Positions 19,377-28,820 of a stretch of 64,000 nt of DNA are shown piece by piece. The position numbers and the translations under genes are program-made. The notes beneath the pieces are model-generated. The model saw only the letters and a list, made by a program, of their open reading frames with translations. It searched no databases and was not told the DNA's origin. Position 1 is the first letter of the stretch. Every line of letters begins with the position of its first letter. The stretch covers positions 5,649-69,648 of the forward strand of contig CAIOZY010000017.1 in assembly GCA_903862935.1 (NCBI GenBank), in the 5' to 3' direction. The DNA comes from an uncultured Opitutaceae bacterium. GTDB lineage: Bacteria; Verrucomicrobiota; Verrucomicrobiia; Opitutales; Opitutaceae.

Positions 19377-20183
19377 CTAAAGCTGGGTCAGGGCGCGTTG
19401 CGCGGCCTCGCGGACGTTGTGGTCGATCCCGTCGGCGGCGCTGAGGCGCTGCAGTGCAGGGGCTGCGCCGCGGTCGCGCGTCGCGGCGAGAAAGTCGATC
19501 ATGGCAAGCTGCACCAGGGGGCTTGTCTCCCGCGGGAGGGAGACCAGGACGCTGGTGCGCACGACCTCCTTGTCCCGGTGAGCGTACAGTGCCTGCAGGG
19601 CGTTCAGGCGGACGTTGACGCTCGGGTCTAGGGCCAGGCTTGTGATGAGTCCGTTGATGACGGTGTCGCCCGGCTTGCGCACGGCGGCCGAGGCGAGGAC
19701 GCCCTCGAGCCGGTCGTTGGAGGAGCGGTCCTGCTGCTGGAGGATCGAGTAGCCGACGAGCTGCCCCATGGAATCGACGCGGCTTCGCAGGTCTGCGAGT
19801 TCCCGTTGCGTGGCCAGGTCGGCGCCGGGCGGGGCGCGGCGGGTCCCGATGAAGAACCCGAGCGCAAGAAGTCCGCAGGCGGCCAGGGCCTGCGTCGCCG
19901 GAAAAAGCCAGGACCGGCGCCGGGTGAGGGGCGCCGGGGTGGGCGCGGAGTGGAGGGACCTCTTCTCCCGCTCAACGGCGGCCAGAACGCGCTCGCGAAG
20001 CCGGGGGCTGGGCTCCGGGGCCGGAAGGCGATCGAGGGCGGCGAGGGTCTCGCGCAGCTCCCCGAGCTCCGCGCGGCAGGCCGGGCAGGCCTCCAGATGG
20101 GCCCTGACCTCGTCGCCGGCCGGGCCGGCAAGGCGGCCGTCGATCAGCTCGATCATGTATTCTCGGGTCTTCTCGCAGTTCAT
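19377..20183 (-). CDS. anti-sigma factor (zf-HC2 N-terminus, one TM, HEAT-repeat C-terminus)
   Basis: MNCEKTREYMIELIDGRL...HLEACPACRAEL (H-x3-C-x2-C), a TM helix WLFPATQALAACGLLALGFFIG, and HEAT-like repeats (DPSVNVRLNALQAL...). The ATG overlaps the sigma gene stop (ATGA). Confidence 0.7.
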   Translation of the reverse strand: MNCEKTREYMIELIDGRLAGPAGDEVRAHLEACPACRAELGELRETLAALDRLPAPEPSPRLRERVLAAVEREKRSLHSAPTPAPLTRRRSWLFPATQALAACGLLALGFFIGTRRAPPGADLATQRELADLRSRVDSMGQLVGYSILQQQDRSSNDRLEGVLASAAVRKPGDTVINGLITSLALDPSVNVRLNALQALYAHRDKEVVRTSVLVSLPRETSPLVQLAMIDFLAATRDRGAAPALQRLSAADGIDHNVREAAQRALTQL

Positions 20184-20752
20184 GGGCAGGCTCCCTTTTG
20201 AAGTTTCAGAAAATGGCGACGGAGCTCGGCGAGCGCGCGGTGAGCCCTGACGCGGGCGGCCCCGACCGAGCATTCCAGCACGCCTGCGACCTGGGCGAAG
20301 GAAAGCTCCTGGAAACGGCTGAGAAGCAATACCTCGCGCTCATCGGGCCCAAGGCAGGCCAGGGCCCGGCGGAGTATCTCCCGGTCCTCGCCGTGGGCGG
20401 CCCGCTCAGGGGCGGTCGGTCCCTCGTCGGCGTGCTCTGACAGTTCGGCCGGGTCAACGGCGGCGGGCTGGGAGGAGGACTTGCGGTAATGGTCGGCGGC
20501 GCACCGGCGGGCCAGGTGGTACATCCAGGCCGTGAAGCTGCCGTCGTCGCGGTAGGTGTGGCGGTACTTGAGCATCCGCTGAAACACCGTCTGGGCGATG
20601 TCCTCGGCCGCCGTCCGGTCCCCAGTCAGGTTGACCAGAAAACCCAGGAGGGGGCGCTGGTGCCTCTCAAATAGCTCGCCCAGGGCATCGAGCTCGCCGC
20701 CGCGCACGGCGAGCATCAGCTCGTGGTCGGAGGATGGCTCGGTGCGGTCCAC
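20180..20752 (-). CDS. ECF-type RNA polymerase sigma factor
   Basis: Region 2 (AEDIAQTVFQRMLKYRHTYRDDGSFTAWMYHLARRCAADHYR) and region 4 (REVLLLSRFQELSFAQVAGVLECSVGAARVRAHRALAELR). The start is uncertain: GTG 20752 or ATG 20716. Confidence 0.8.
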   Translation of the reverse strand: MDRTEPSSDHELMLAVRGGELDALGELFERHQRPLLGFLVNLTGDRTAAEDIAQTVFQRMLKYRHTYRDDGSFTAWMYHLARRCAADHYRKSSSQPAAVDPAELSEHADEGPTAPERAAHGEDREILRRALACLGPDEREVLLLSRFQELSFAQVAGVLECSVGAARVRAHRALAELRRHFLKLQKGACP

Positions 20753-20966
20753 GGGGAGCGAAAGGCCGAACCTACGCTCGGGCGGGCGCAATTGCACGGG
20801 AAAATCCAGGGAGCCGGTGGTCACGGAGGGAGGGGGGCATGGCTGTGTCCTGGAGGTAGAACCTGCGATCCGCCCCTGTGTTACCGGAAAAATCCGCCCC
20901 GCCCCAGCCGTTCCATTTACCGTTTGCGTGCCGCAGGGTGCGGGGTTAGACCCCCTCAAAATCCCC

Positions 20967-21203
20967 ATGAGCTTCAAAGTCCTCCTCCGGTCCGTCGTGT
21001 TTCTGGCGATCCTCTTTGCCGTCCTCTATGCGGGGATCCACAACACCAAGGAGATCGAGTTCTCCTTCCCGCTCCTGTTCCAGAAGGACATCAGGCAGTC
21101 GGCCGCGCTGATCTACTTCTGCATCTTCGCGATCGGGGTCCTGGGCGGAACGGTCCTCACCGCCGGTGGCGGCGGCCGCCGGGGCGGCAGCAAGGACAAG
21201 TAG
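20967..21203 (+). CDS. small LapA/DUF1049-like inner-membrane protein
   Basis: 78 aa with two TM helices and a basic Gly-rich tail (GGGGRRGGSKDK). ATG at 20967. Confidence 0.45.
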   Translation: MSFKVLLRSVVFLAILFAVLYAGIHNTKEIEFSFPLLFQKDIRQSAALIYFCIFAIGVLGGTVLTAGGGGRRGGSKDK

Positions 21204-21226
21204 ACCCGGGCGTCCGGGGATCGGCC

Positions 21227-21961
21227 TCAGGCCGACACCCGCCTCAGGTTGTCGCAGACCACTGCGGCAGCGACGGCCGCGTTCAGGGACTCCGCCCTTC
21301 CGTAGCGGGGGATCGTGACGAATGCGGTCACATGCCTGCGGACCTCCTCGGATAGGCCCCGGCCCTCGGAGCCGACGACGATCACGGCATCGCGCCGCGG
21401 GTGCAGGCTGTGGGCATCCTCCCCCTTGAGGTCGCATCCGAGGACGGGCGCCTGGGACGAGGCGAGCGCGGGGGCGAGTGCGGCACTGTGCGCCGCGACC
21501 CGGGCGAACGAACCCATGCTGGCGGCGACGACCTTCGGAGAGAACAAGTCGGCGCAGTCCGGGGACAGGACCACGCGGTCCAGGCCGTACCAGTCGGCGA
21601 TCCTGAGCAGGGTCCCCACATTGCCCGGATCCTGAACCCCGTCCAAGGCAAGGGTGAGCCCTCGGTCCAGGCCGCCCGGCGAAAGGGGAACACGGCGGAT
21701 CCGGCAGACGGCGAGAACGGGGGAGGGGGTGGGAAGCCCGCTGATCCGGGCCATCTCGGGTCCGCTGACCTCGGTCACAGGGGCGCCGGCCGACTCCTCA
21801 GGCGACACCGGCCGGGTCGAGTAAATCCGCTCCACCGGGAAGCCGGAGCCGATCACCTCGGAGAGGGTCTTCTCTCCCTCCACGAGGAAAAGTCCCAGGG
21901 CCTCGCGCCCTCGCCTCTCCTGGAGGGATCTCAGGTCCTGCACTTCGGCCTTGGTGAGCAT
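21227..21961 (-). CDS. TrmH/SpoU-family RNA 2'-O-methyltransferase
   Basis: LDGVQDPGNVGTLLRIADWYG, VVGSEGRGLS, IPRYGRAESLNAAVAAAV. The product is 244 aa from the ATG at 21959-21961. The longer track ORF is rejected. Confidence 0.8.
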   Translation of the reverse strand: MLTKAEVQDLRSLQERRGREALGLFLVEGEKTLSEVIGSGFPVERIYSTRPVSPEESAGAPVTEVSGPEMARISGLPTPSPVLAVCRIRRVPLSPGGLDRGLTLALDGVQDPGNVGTLLRIADWYGLDRVVLSPDCADLFSPKVVAASMGSFARVAAHSAALAPALASSQAPVLGCDLKGEDAHSLHPRRDAVIVVGSEGRGLSEEVRRHVTAFVTIPRYGRAESLNAAVAAAVVCDNLRRVSA

Positions 21962-22073
21962 CGGCCAGGACGCTAGGGCCTTGCCGGAAAATAATCCAAC
22001 GATTTGGAGCCGGGGTTTTTGCACCGGCCAATTTCGCGTTGTTTTCGGACCCCTCTGCGGCGATACTGCCCCC

Positions 22074-23012
22074 ATGCCCGCAGGTACCCCCCAGAAGGCA
22101 CTCAGCAGACTCCTCGGCGAGATCGGTTCGGTCGACGCCGTCGGGGTGGAGGAGCGCGTGGCCAAATACGCGGCGCGAAGCATCAAGACGGCTTCCAAGG
22201 TCCAGGGGTTGAAGTTGGCCGTGTCCATGGTCGACCTGACGACCCTCGAGGGCAAAGACACCGAGGAGAAGGTGGCCTCCCTCTGCCGCAAGGCCTTGCG
22301 CCCCAGCGATGATCCGGAGGTTCCGCAGGTTGCCGCCGTCTGCATCTACCCGTCGATGGTGCGCTATGCCCGCAAGCACCTCGGCCGATCGCCGGTAAGG
22401 GTGGCCTCGGTGGCCACGGCATTCCCGTCCGGTCAGACCCCGTTTCGCACCCGGCTTGCAGAAGTGAAGGCGGCGCTTGCCGACGGGGCCGACGAGATCG
22501 ACATGGTGATCAACCGCGGGGCGTTTCTCGCCGGGGAATTCGGCCGGGCCCAGGACGAGATAGCGGCCGTGGCGGAAGCGTGCGGCCGGGCGACCCTGAA
22601 GGTGATCCTCGAGGTGAGCGAACTGGAGACCTATGACGCGATCCGGGCCGCGTCGTTTCTGGCGATGCGGGTTGTGAGGCCGGGGGACTTTATCAAGACG
22701 AGCACCGGCAAGACCTCCCTCAACGCGACCCTTGGCAACAACCAGGTGATGATTGAGGCGATCCGCGACTTCTACCTGTCGACCGGGGTCGCTGTCGGGA
22801 TGAAGCCGGCCGGCGGCATCCGCTCGGCCAAGCAGGCGCTGCAGTTCCTGGTCGCCGTGAAGGAGACCCTGGGCGACGCTTGGCTCACAAACAGGCGCTA
22901 CCGGTTTGGGGCGAGCTCCCTCCTGAACGATCTCATCCGCCAGCTGCAAAAACAGAAGACCGGCGCCTATCAGGCCCCCTATTACTTCAGTGAAAATTCA
23001 GACTCCTACTAG
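22074..23012 (+). CDS. deoC: deoxyribose-phosphate aldolase (long form)
   Basis: MVDLTTLEG, AAVCIYP, DEIDMVINRG, LKVILEVSEL, FIKTSTGK (Schiff-base lysine region). Confidence 0.85.
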   Translation: MPAGTPQKALSRLLGEIGSVDAVGVEERVAKYAARSIKTASKVQGLKLAVSMVDLTTLEGKDTEEKVASLCRKALRPSDDPEVPQVAAVCIYPSMVRYARKHLGRSPVRVASVATAFPSGQTPFRTRLAEVKAALADGADEIDMVINRGAFLAGEFGRAQDEIAAVAEACGRATLKVILEVSELETYDAIRAASFLAMRVVRPGDFIKTSTGKTSLNATLGNNQVMIEAIRDFYLSTGVAVGMKPAGGIRSAKQALQFLVAVKETLGDAWLTNRRYRFGASSLLNDLIRQLQKQKTGAYQAPYYFSENSDSY

Positions 23013-24501
23013 GGCGCCCCGACGCCCCTCCACGGCGCCGGAGCTGCTCTTCGGCGACCTCTGGGACTACGATCCCGCCCCCGAGACTGCCGACCCGAAG
23101 CTCAAGGCCCGCTATGACCTGTTCATCGGCGGCGAGTTCGTCCCGCCGGCCGGCGGCAAGTACTTCGAATCGGTGAACCCGGCGACCGAGGCGAAGCTCG
23201 CCGAGCTCGCCCTGGGAGGCCCCGACGACGTCGACCGGGCCTGCCGGGCTGCCGCTGCGGCCTTCCCCGCGTGGAGCGCCCTGCCCGGCCGGGAGCGCGG
23301 CAAGTACCTGTACCGGATTGCGCGGCTACTCCAGGACCGGGCCCGCGAGTTCGCGGTCGCCGAGACCCTGGACAACGGCAAGCCGATCCGGGAGACCCGG
23401 GATTTCGACGTTCCGACCTGCGCGGCACACTTCTTCTACCACGCGGGCTGGGCGGACAAGCTCGAGTACGTGGCGCCCGGACGGAGGATGGAGCCCCTTG
23501 GGGTCGTCGGCCAGGTGATCCCCTGGAACTTCCCGCTGCTGATGCTCTCGTGGAAGATCGCCCCGGCCCTGTGCCTGGGCAACTGCGTCGTCATCAAGCC
23601 GGCCTCGAACACCTCGATTACGGCCCTGAAGTTGGCCGAGATCTTCCAGGACGCCGGGCTGCCCCCCGGGGTGGTCAACGTCGTCAGCGGCCCGGGCTCG
23701 ACCGGCGGGGCCCTCATGGCGCATCCGGCCGTGGCCAAGATCGCATTCACCGGCTCCACCGAGGTTGGCAAGGTCATCATGCGCTCGGTCGCAGGCAGCG
23801 ACAAGAAGATGACCATGGAGCTCGGCGGCAAGGCCGCCAACATCGTCTTCGACGACGCCCCGCTCGACCAGGCCGTCGAGGGGATCGTCAACGGGATCTT
23901 CTTCAACCAAGGGCAGGTCTGCTGCGCGGGTTCCCGCCTGCTGGTCCACGAGCCGGTCGCCAGGACGGTCGTCTCGAAGCTCAAGGCCCGCCTGCGCGTC
24001 CTGCGGGTCGGCGACCCGATGGACAAGAACACCGACGTCGGGGCCATCGTATCCCGGGCCCAGCTCGACACGATCCGCGGCTACCTCAAGGCCGGGGTCG
24101 ACGAGGGCGCCGAGATGTGGCAGCCCCCGTGCCGCCTGCCGAAGAAGGGCTTCTTCATGCCGCCCACGATCTTCACCGGCGTCACCCAGAGCCATCGGAT
24201 CGCCCGCGAGGAGATCTTCGGGCCGGTCTTAAGCATCCTGACCTTCCGCACCGTGGACGAGGCGATCGAGAAGGCCAACAACACCGAATACGGCCTGAGC
24301 GCGGGTGTGTGGACCGATAAGGGTTCCCGGATCCTGAGGATGTCCACCGAGCTCAAGGCCGGAGTCGTCTGGGCAAACACCTACAACAAGTTCGACCCCG
24401 CGTCGCCCTTTGGCGGCTACAAGGAGTCGGGCTTCGGCCGCGAGGGCGGCCGGCACGGCCTGCTCGACTACGGCCGGCTCGTAGAGGAGGGGCGGCCATG
24501 A
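22990..24501 (+). CDS. NAD(P)-dependent aldehyde dehydrogenase
   Basis: Full-length ALDH with FTGSTEVGK, catalytic-Glu motif ELGGKAANIVF, catalytic-Cys motif FFNQGQVCCAGSRL and EEIFGPV. GTG start overlaps the deoC end by 23 nt. Confidence 0.85.
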   Translation: MKIQTPTRAPRRPSTAPELLFGDLWDYDPAPETADPKLKARYDLFIGGEFVPPAGGKYFESVNPATEAKLAELALGGPDDVDRACRAAAAAFPAWSALPGRERGKYLYRIARLLQDRAREFAVAETLDNGKPIRETRDFDVPTCAAHFFYHAGWADKLEYVAPGRRMEPLGVVGQVIPWNFPLLMLSWKIAPALCLGNCVVIKPASNTSITALKLAEIFQDAGLPPGVVNVVSGPGSTGGALMAHPAVAKIAFTGSTEVGKVIMRSVAGSDKKMTMELGGKAANIVFDDAPLDQAVEGIVNGIFFNQGQVCCAGSRLLVHEPVARTVVSKLKARLRVLRVGDPMDKNTDVGAIVSRAQLDTIRGYLKAGVDEGAEMWQPPCRLPKKGFFMPPTIFTGVTQSHRIAREEIFGPVLSILTFRTVDEAIEKANNTEYGLSAGVWTDKGSRILRMSTELKAGVVWANTYNKFDPASPFGGYKESGFGREGGRHGLLDYGRLVEEGRP

Positions 24502-25364
24502 GCAGACTTCCCATCACCAAGACCCCCAAGGTCTACGTCGGCGGCGCCTTCATCCGCTCCGAGAGCGGACGCACTTTCCCGCTGAACGACGCGAAGGGGC
24601 ATTTCTTCGCCAACATCCCGCAGTGCACCCGAAAGGACCTGCGAAACGCCGTCGAGGCCGCCGCGAAGGCCGGCCCCGGCTGGGCCAAGAGGACTCCGTA
24701 CAACCGCGGCCAGATCCTCTACCGGCTGGGCGAGATGCTCGAGGCCCGCGCCCCGGAGATGGCCGAGGCGATCGCGCTCGGGGGCGGAAAACCCGCCGAC
24801 ACCGCCCTCGAGGTCTCCTGCGCGGTCGACCGGCTGATCCACTACGCCGGGTGGGCCGACAAGTTCGAGCAGGTCCTCGGAAGCGTGAACCCGGTTGCCG
24901 CGCCGTACTTCAACTTCACGGTGACCGAGCCCATGGGAATCGTCGGGGTGATCGCCCCGGCGGAGGCCCCCCTGCTGGGATTAGTCTCGCTCGTTGCCCC
25001 GGCGATAACGGGGGGCAACACCGTGGTCGCCCTCGCCTCCGAGCCCCAGCCCTATCCGGCGATCCTCCTGGGCGAGATGCTCGCCACAAGCGACCTTCCG
25101 GGCGGGGTCGTTAACCTGCTCACGGGGCTGCGCCGGGAGCTTGTCCCCACGTTCGCCACCCACGCCCACCTGCGCGGGCTCAGCGCGGTCGCCGGACCCG
25201 AGGAGCGCAAGGCGATCGCCCTGGGGGCGGCCGAGAGCGTCAAGCGCACCCACCTCATCAAGGCCGAGGACAAGCGCGACTGGCTGTCCGGATCCGCCCA
25301 GAGCCTGTACGAGATCCGGGCGTTTCTCGAGTTCAAGACGACCTGGCACCCGATCGGCTCGTAG
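24498..25364 (+). CDS. aldehyde-dehydrogenase-like protein lacking the catalytic domain (288 aa)
   Basis: An ALDH-like N-terminal/cofactor-domain sequence (W..RTPYNRGQILYRLGEMLE..., GIVGVIAP...) but no ELGGK or GQxC motif. The ATG overlaps the upstream ALDH stop (ATGA), and deoA starts 4 nt after its stop. Confidence 0.7.
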   Translation: MSRLPITKTPKVYVGGAFIRSESGRTFPLNDAKGHFFANIPQCTRKDLRNAVEAAAKAGPGWAKRTPYNRGQILYRLGEMLEARAPEMAEAIALGGGKPADTALEVSCAVDRLIHYAGWADKFEQVLGSVNPVAAPYFNFTVTEPMGIVGVIAPAEAPLLGLVSLVAPAITGGNTVVALASEPQPYPAILLGEMLATSDLPGGVVNLLTGLRRELVPTFATHAHLRGLSAVAGPEERKAIALGAAESVKRTHLIKAEDKRDWLSGSAQSLYEIRAFLEFKTTWHPIGS

Positions 25365-25367
25365 GCG

Positions 25368-26687
25368 ATGAGCGCGGTCCTCTTCCCGCAGCACGTGATC
25401 GCGCGAAAGCGCGACGGGCACGCCCTGACCCGCGAGGAGATTGCGGCCTTTGTCCGGGGCGCGACCGACGGCTCCTGGGCCGACTACCAGCTGAGCGCCC
25501 TCCTGATGGCGATCTGGCTGAAGGGAATGACCGCGGAGGAAACGGCGGCCTTAACGGAGGCTATGATGCGCTCCGGCACCGTGGCCGACCTCTCCTCGGT
25601 CCCCCTGCCCAAGGTGGACAAGCACTCGACAGGGGGGGTGGGGGACAAGGTCTCGATTCACCTGGCCCCGATGGTGGCGTCTTGCGGGGTCGCCGTCCCC
25701 ATGATCAGCGGCCGCGGTCTGGGCCACACGGGGGGAACGCTCGACAAGCTCGAGTCGATCCCCGGATTCCGCGTCAACCTCACGCTTCCCCAATACCGCG
25801 ACCAAGTCGCCCGGATCGGCTGTGCCCTGATCGGTCAGACGGCCGAGCTCGCCCCGGCCGACAAGAAACTCTACGCCCTGCGCGACGTGACGGCCACGGT
25901 CGAGTGCATCCCGCTCATCTGCGCGAGCATCATGAGCAAGAAGCTCGCCGAGGGGATCGACGCCCTGGTCCTTGACGTGAAGTTTGGCCGGGGGGCCTTC
26001 ATGGCCGAAAAGCAGCGGGCCCGAGAGCTCGCCCAGGCGATGGTCGCAATCGGCCGCAGCGTCGGAAAACCCGTCCGCGCGGTCCTGACCGCAATGGAGC
26101 AGCCGCTGGGCCGTGCCGTGGGGAACGCCCTCGAGGTCGCCGAGTCGGTCGACTGCCTGAAGGGCGCCGGACCGGCGGACACGATGGAGGTGACCTACGC
26201 CCTTGGGGAGCAGATGCTGCTGATCACCGGGGCGGCGCCGGACGCGCGGGCTGCACGGGCGCGCCTTGAGGAGGCGGTGCGCTCGGGCCGGGCGCTGGCA
26301 AGGTTCCGTGAGATCATTGTAGCGCAGGGCGGGGATCCGCGGGTCCTCACCGACCCCTCGGCCCTGCCGCGCTCCGCGATCGCGGAGCCCTTTGTCTCCC
26401 GGGAGGGGGGCTGGGTGAGCCGCGTCGATGCCCGCGGGGTCGCTCTCGCTGCGCTGCGCCTTGGCGCCGGGCGCGCCCGGGCCGAGGACCGAGTTGATCC
26501 CGCGGTCGGAATCAGCGGCCTGGCCAAGATCGGCGAGCGCATCCCTGTCGGAGGGCTCTTGGGCGTGATCCACGCGAGCGACCCGGCCGCCGCCGGGGAG
26601 GCCCGATCGATGCTCGCCGAGGCGATAACGGTGGGACCCGCGCCGTGCGCTGCTCCCGGCGGCCTCGTCGACGAGATTCTTTCCTAA
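25368..26687 (+). CDS. deoA: thymidine / pyrimidine-nucleoside phosphorylase
   Basis: IARKRDGHALTREEI, YQLSALLMAIWLKGMT, DKHSTGGVGDKVS, ISGRGLGHTGGTLDKLESIPG. Confidence 0.9.
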   Translation: MSAVLFPQHVIARKRDGHALTREEIAAFVRGATDGSWADYQLSALLMAIWLKGMTAEETAALTEAMMRSGTVADLSSVPLPKVDKHSTGGVGDKVSIHLAPMVASCGVAVPMISGRGLGHTGGTLDKLESIPGFRVNLTLPQYRDQVARIGCALIGQTAELAPADKKLYALRDVTATVECIPLICASIMSKKLAEGIDALVLDVKFGRGAFMAEKQRARELAQAMVAIGRSVGKPVRAVLTAMEQPLGRAVGNALEVAESVDCLKGAGPADTMEVTYALGEQMLLITGAAPDARAARARLEEAVRSGRALARFREIIVAQGGDPRVLTDPSALPRSAIAEPFVSREGGWVSRVDARGVALAALRLGAGRARAEDRVDPAVGISGLAKIGERIPVGGLLGVIHASDPAAAGEARSMLAEAITVGPAPCAAPGGLVDEILS

Positions 26688-28696
26688 GCCTCGCCCCGCT
26701 CGAGCTCGGCCGCCTCGTTTCCTGCCTTCTCCCACTCCTCCGTCGCGGCCTGGAGCCTCGCCACCGTCGTTCCGAGCTCCCGGTTGAGGGCCTGGGCCTT
26801 GCCCGGATGCTGGTAGGTCTCCGGCGCCTCGAGTTCGGCGGTCAGCTCGGCCTGGCGCTCCTCCAGGGAGGAGATCTCCTTCTCGAGGGATGCGACGAGG
26901 GCCCGGGCCTGCCTGAGCGGGGCCGAGCGCGCCGAGCGGGCCTCGGCCTCCTGGCGCTTCTGCTCGCGGGTCTTCGGGCCCGCTTTGGACCGGGCCTGCG
27001 CGGGGGCTGACGACGGTGCGGAAGCGCCCGGCCGCCCGTCGGACAGCCGCGCCGTGACCCCGCCCCGCTCCCCGCCTGCCTTTCCCGCCCCGGGCCCGGG
27101 GCGGAAGCCCGACTTGTCCAGGTAGTAGTCGTATCCCCCGGCGTACGGGGTCAGGCGCCCGGCCTGCACGTGCAGGACCTTGCGGGCGACGTGGCGGATG
27201 AAGTGCACGTCGTGGCTGATGAAGATCAGGGTCCCCGTGTAGTGCCGCAGCGCGTTGATCAGGGCGTCGGTGCTGGGAATGTCCAGGTGGGTCGTCGGCT
27301 CGTCCATCAACAGCAGGTTGGGCGGGGCGAGCAGCAGTTTTGCCAGGGCCAGCCGCGACTTCTCGCCGCCGGACAGGACCGACACGGTCTTGAAGACATC
27401 GTCCTTTCGGAAGAGCAGGCCGCCCAGGATCGAGCGCGCCATCCGCTCGGTCACCTCGGGGTTCAGGTTCCGCATGTCGAGGGCCTCCTCCAGGACCGTC
27501 CGGCGGGCGTCGAGGTTGTCGAGCCGGTTCTGGGCGAAGTAGCCGACGCGGACGTTGCCGCCGAACTCGCGCGATCCGGCCTGGATCGGCACCACCCCGG
27601 CGAGGATCTTCAGCAGCGTCGACTTGCCCGCCCCGTTCGGCCCGATCAGGACCAGCCGCTCGCCCCGCTCGGCCGCGAAGTCCATGCCGCGGTAGACGAC
27701 ATGGTCCCCGTAGGCCTGGTCCACCGCCGTGAGGGTCACGACCTTCAACCCCGAGCGTGGGGGCTGGGGGAACTTGAAGCTCACGCGGTGGATGTCGTCC
27801 TCCGGAGACTCCACCGCGTCCTCCTTCAGGCGCTCGATCTGCTTTTCCTTGGATTTAGCCCGCGAGGCGAGGCTCGCCTTCGCGCCGAACCGGTCCACGA
27901 AGCGCTGCAGGTGGGCGATCTCGCGCTGCTGGTTCTTGAAGAGGGCGGCCTGCTGCGCGTGGCGCTCGTCCTTCTGGCGCAGGTAGTCGTCGTAGTCGCC
28001 GGTGTAGCGGTGCATCAGCCCGCCCCTCAGCTCCAGGATCCCCGTGCACAGCGAGTTCAAAAACGCCCGATCGTGGGAGATCATGACCAGACCGCCGGGA
28101 TAGCGCGAAAGGTAGCTCTGGAACCACAGGAGCGACTCCAGATCGAGGTGGTTAGTCGGCTCGTCCAAGAGCAGGAGGGTCGGCTCACGCACGAGCAGGC
28201 GGGCCAGGTGCGCCCGCATCACCCATCCCCCGGAGAGGGTCTTTGCCGGGCGGTCGAAGTCGGCTTCGCGGAAGCCCAGGCCCGACAGGATGATCTTCGC
28301 CTTGGTCTCCAGCCCGAAGCCGCCGAGTTCCTCAAAGCGGTGGTGCGCGTCGAACTCGTCCGCCATGCAGGCCGAGGAGCCGCCGCGCTCGAGGGCTCTC
28401 AACTGGTCGCGCAAGGCCGCGTACTCGGGGGTCACCGCGGTCGCCAGGTCGAGCACGGTCTCGTCCCCGGCCGCGACCGTTTCCTGGGGCAGGTAGCCGA
28501 AGTCGGCCCCGCGCTCCCAGGTGATCGTGCCCTCGTCGGGGGCCTCCGAGCCGAGGATCAGGTTGAACAGGGTGGTCTTCCCGGCGCCGTTTGCGCCCAC
28601 CAACCCCAGGCGGTCCGCCCGGCTGACGAACAGCGACACGCCGGAGAATAGGGTCCGGGTGCCGTAGGACTTTGAAACGTCGGCCAGGGTGAGCAT
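26684..28696 (-). CDS. ABC-F family ATPase (Uup-like, C-terminal coiled coil)
   Basis: Two ABC cassettes (GANGAGKTT / LSGGW...LLLLDEPTNHLD; GPNGAGKST / LSGGEKSRL...LLLMDEPTTHLD), no TM domain, and a basic coiled-coil tail. Confidence 0.9.
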   Translation of the reverse strand: MLTLADVSKSYGTRTLFSGVSLFVSRADRLGLVGANGAGKTTLFNLILGSEAPDEGTITWERGADFGYLPQETVAAGDETVLDLATAVTPEYAALRDQLRALERGGSSACMADEFDAHHRFEELGGFGLETKAKIILSGLGFREADFDRPAKTLSGGWVMRAHLARLLVREPTLLLLDEPTNHLDLESLLWFQSYLSRYPGGLVMISHDRAFLNSLCTGILELRGGLMHRYTGDYDDYLRQKDERHAQQAALFKNQQREIAHLQRFVDRFGAKASLASRAKSKEKQIERLKEDAVESPEDDIHRVSFKFPQPPRSGLKVVTLTAVDQAYGDHVVYRGMDFAAERGERLVLIGPNGAGKSTLLKILAGVVPIQAGSREFGGNVRVGYFAQNRLDNLDARRTVLEEALDMRNLNPEVTERMARSILGGLLFRKDDVFKTVSVLSGGEKSRLALAKLLLAPPNLLLMDEPTTHLDIPSTDALINALRHYTGTLIFISHDVHFIRHVARKVLHVQAGRLTPYAGGYDYYLDKSGFRPGPGAGKAGGERGGVTARLSDGRPGASAPSSAPAQARSKAGPKTREQKRQEAEARSARSAPLRQARALVASLEKEISSLEERQAELTAELEAPETYQHPGKAQALNRELGTTVARLQAATEEWEKAGNEAAELERGEA

Positions 28697-28820
28697 GGAC
28701 CGGTCAGCAAACCCGGGGTTTGGCTGCCGTCAAACCTCCGCTTCAGGCTAGGAGCGGCAAACGGGGGCCTTTTTCCGGGGCGGAGTTGCGCCCGGCGGTC
28801 CTGTGGCCATCTTCCCCGCC

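Noticed and set aside
21962-22345. N-terminal extensions offered by the ORF track for several genes: TrmH-like (to 22345), deoC (from 21951), the CocE/NonD hydrolase (from 33505), gspD (to 57918), aroC (from 57908), purE (from 35815) and sdhB (from 996).
   Set aside because: The extensions overlap neighbouring genes or intergenic promoters and lack family-like sequence. Internal ATG starts reproduce typical family N-termini or signal peptides.
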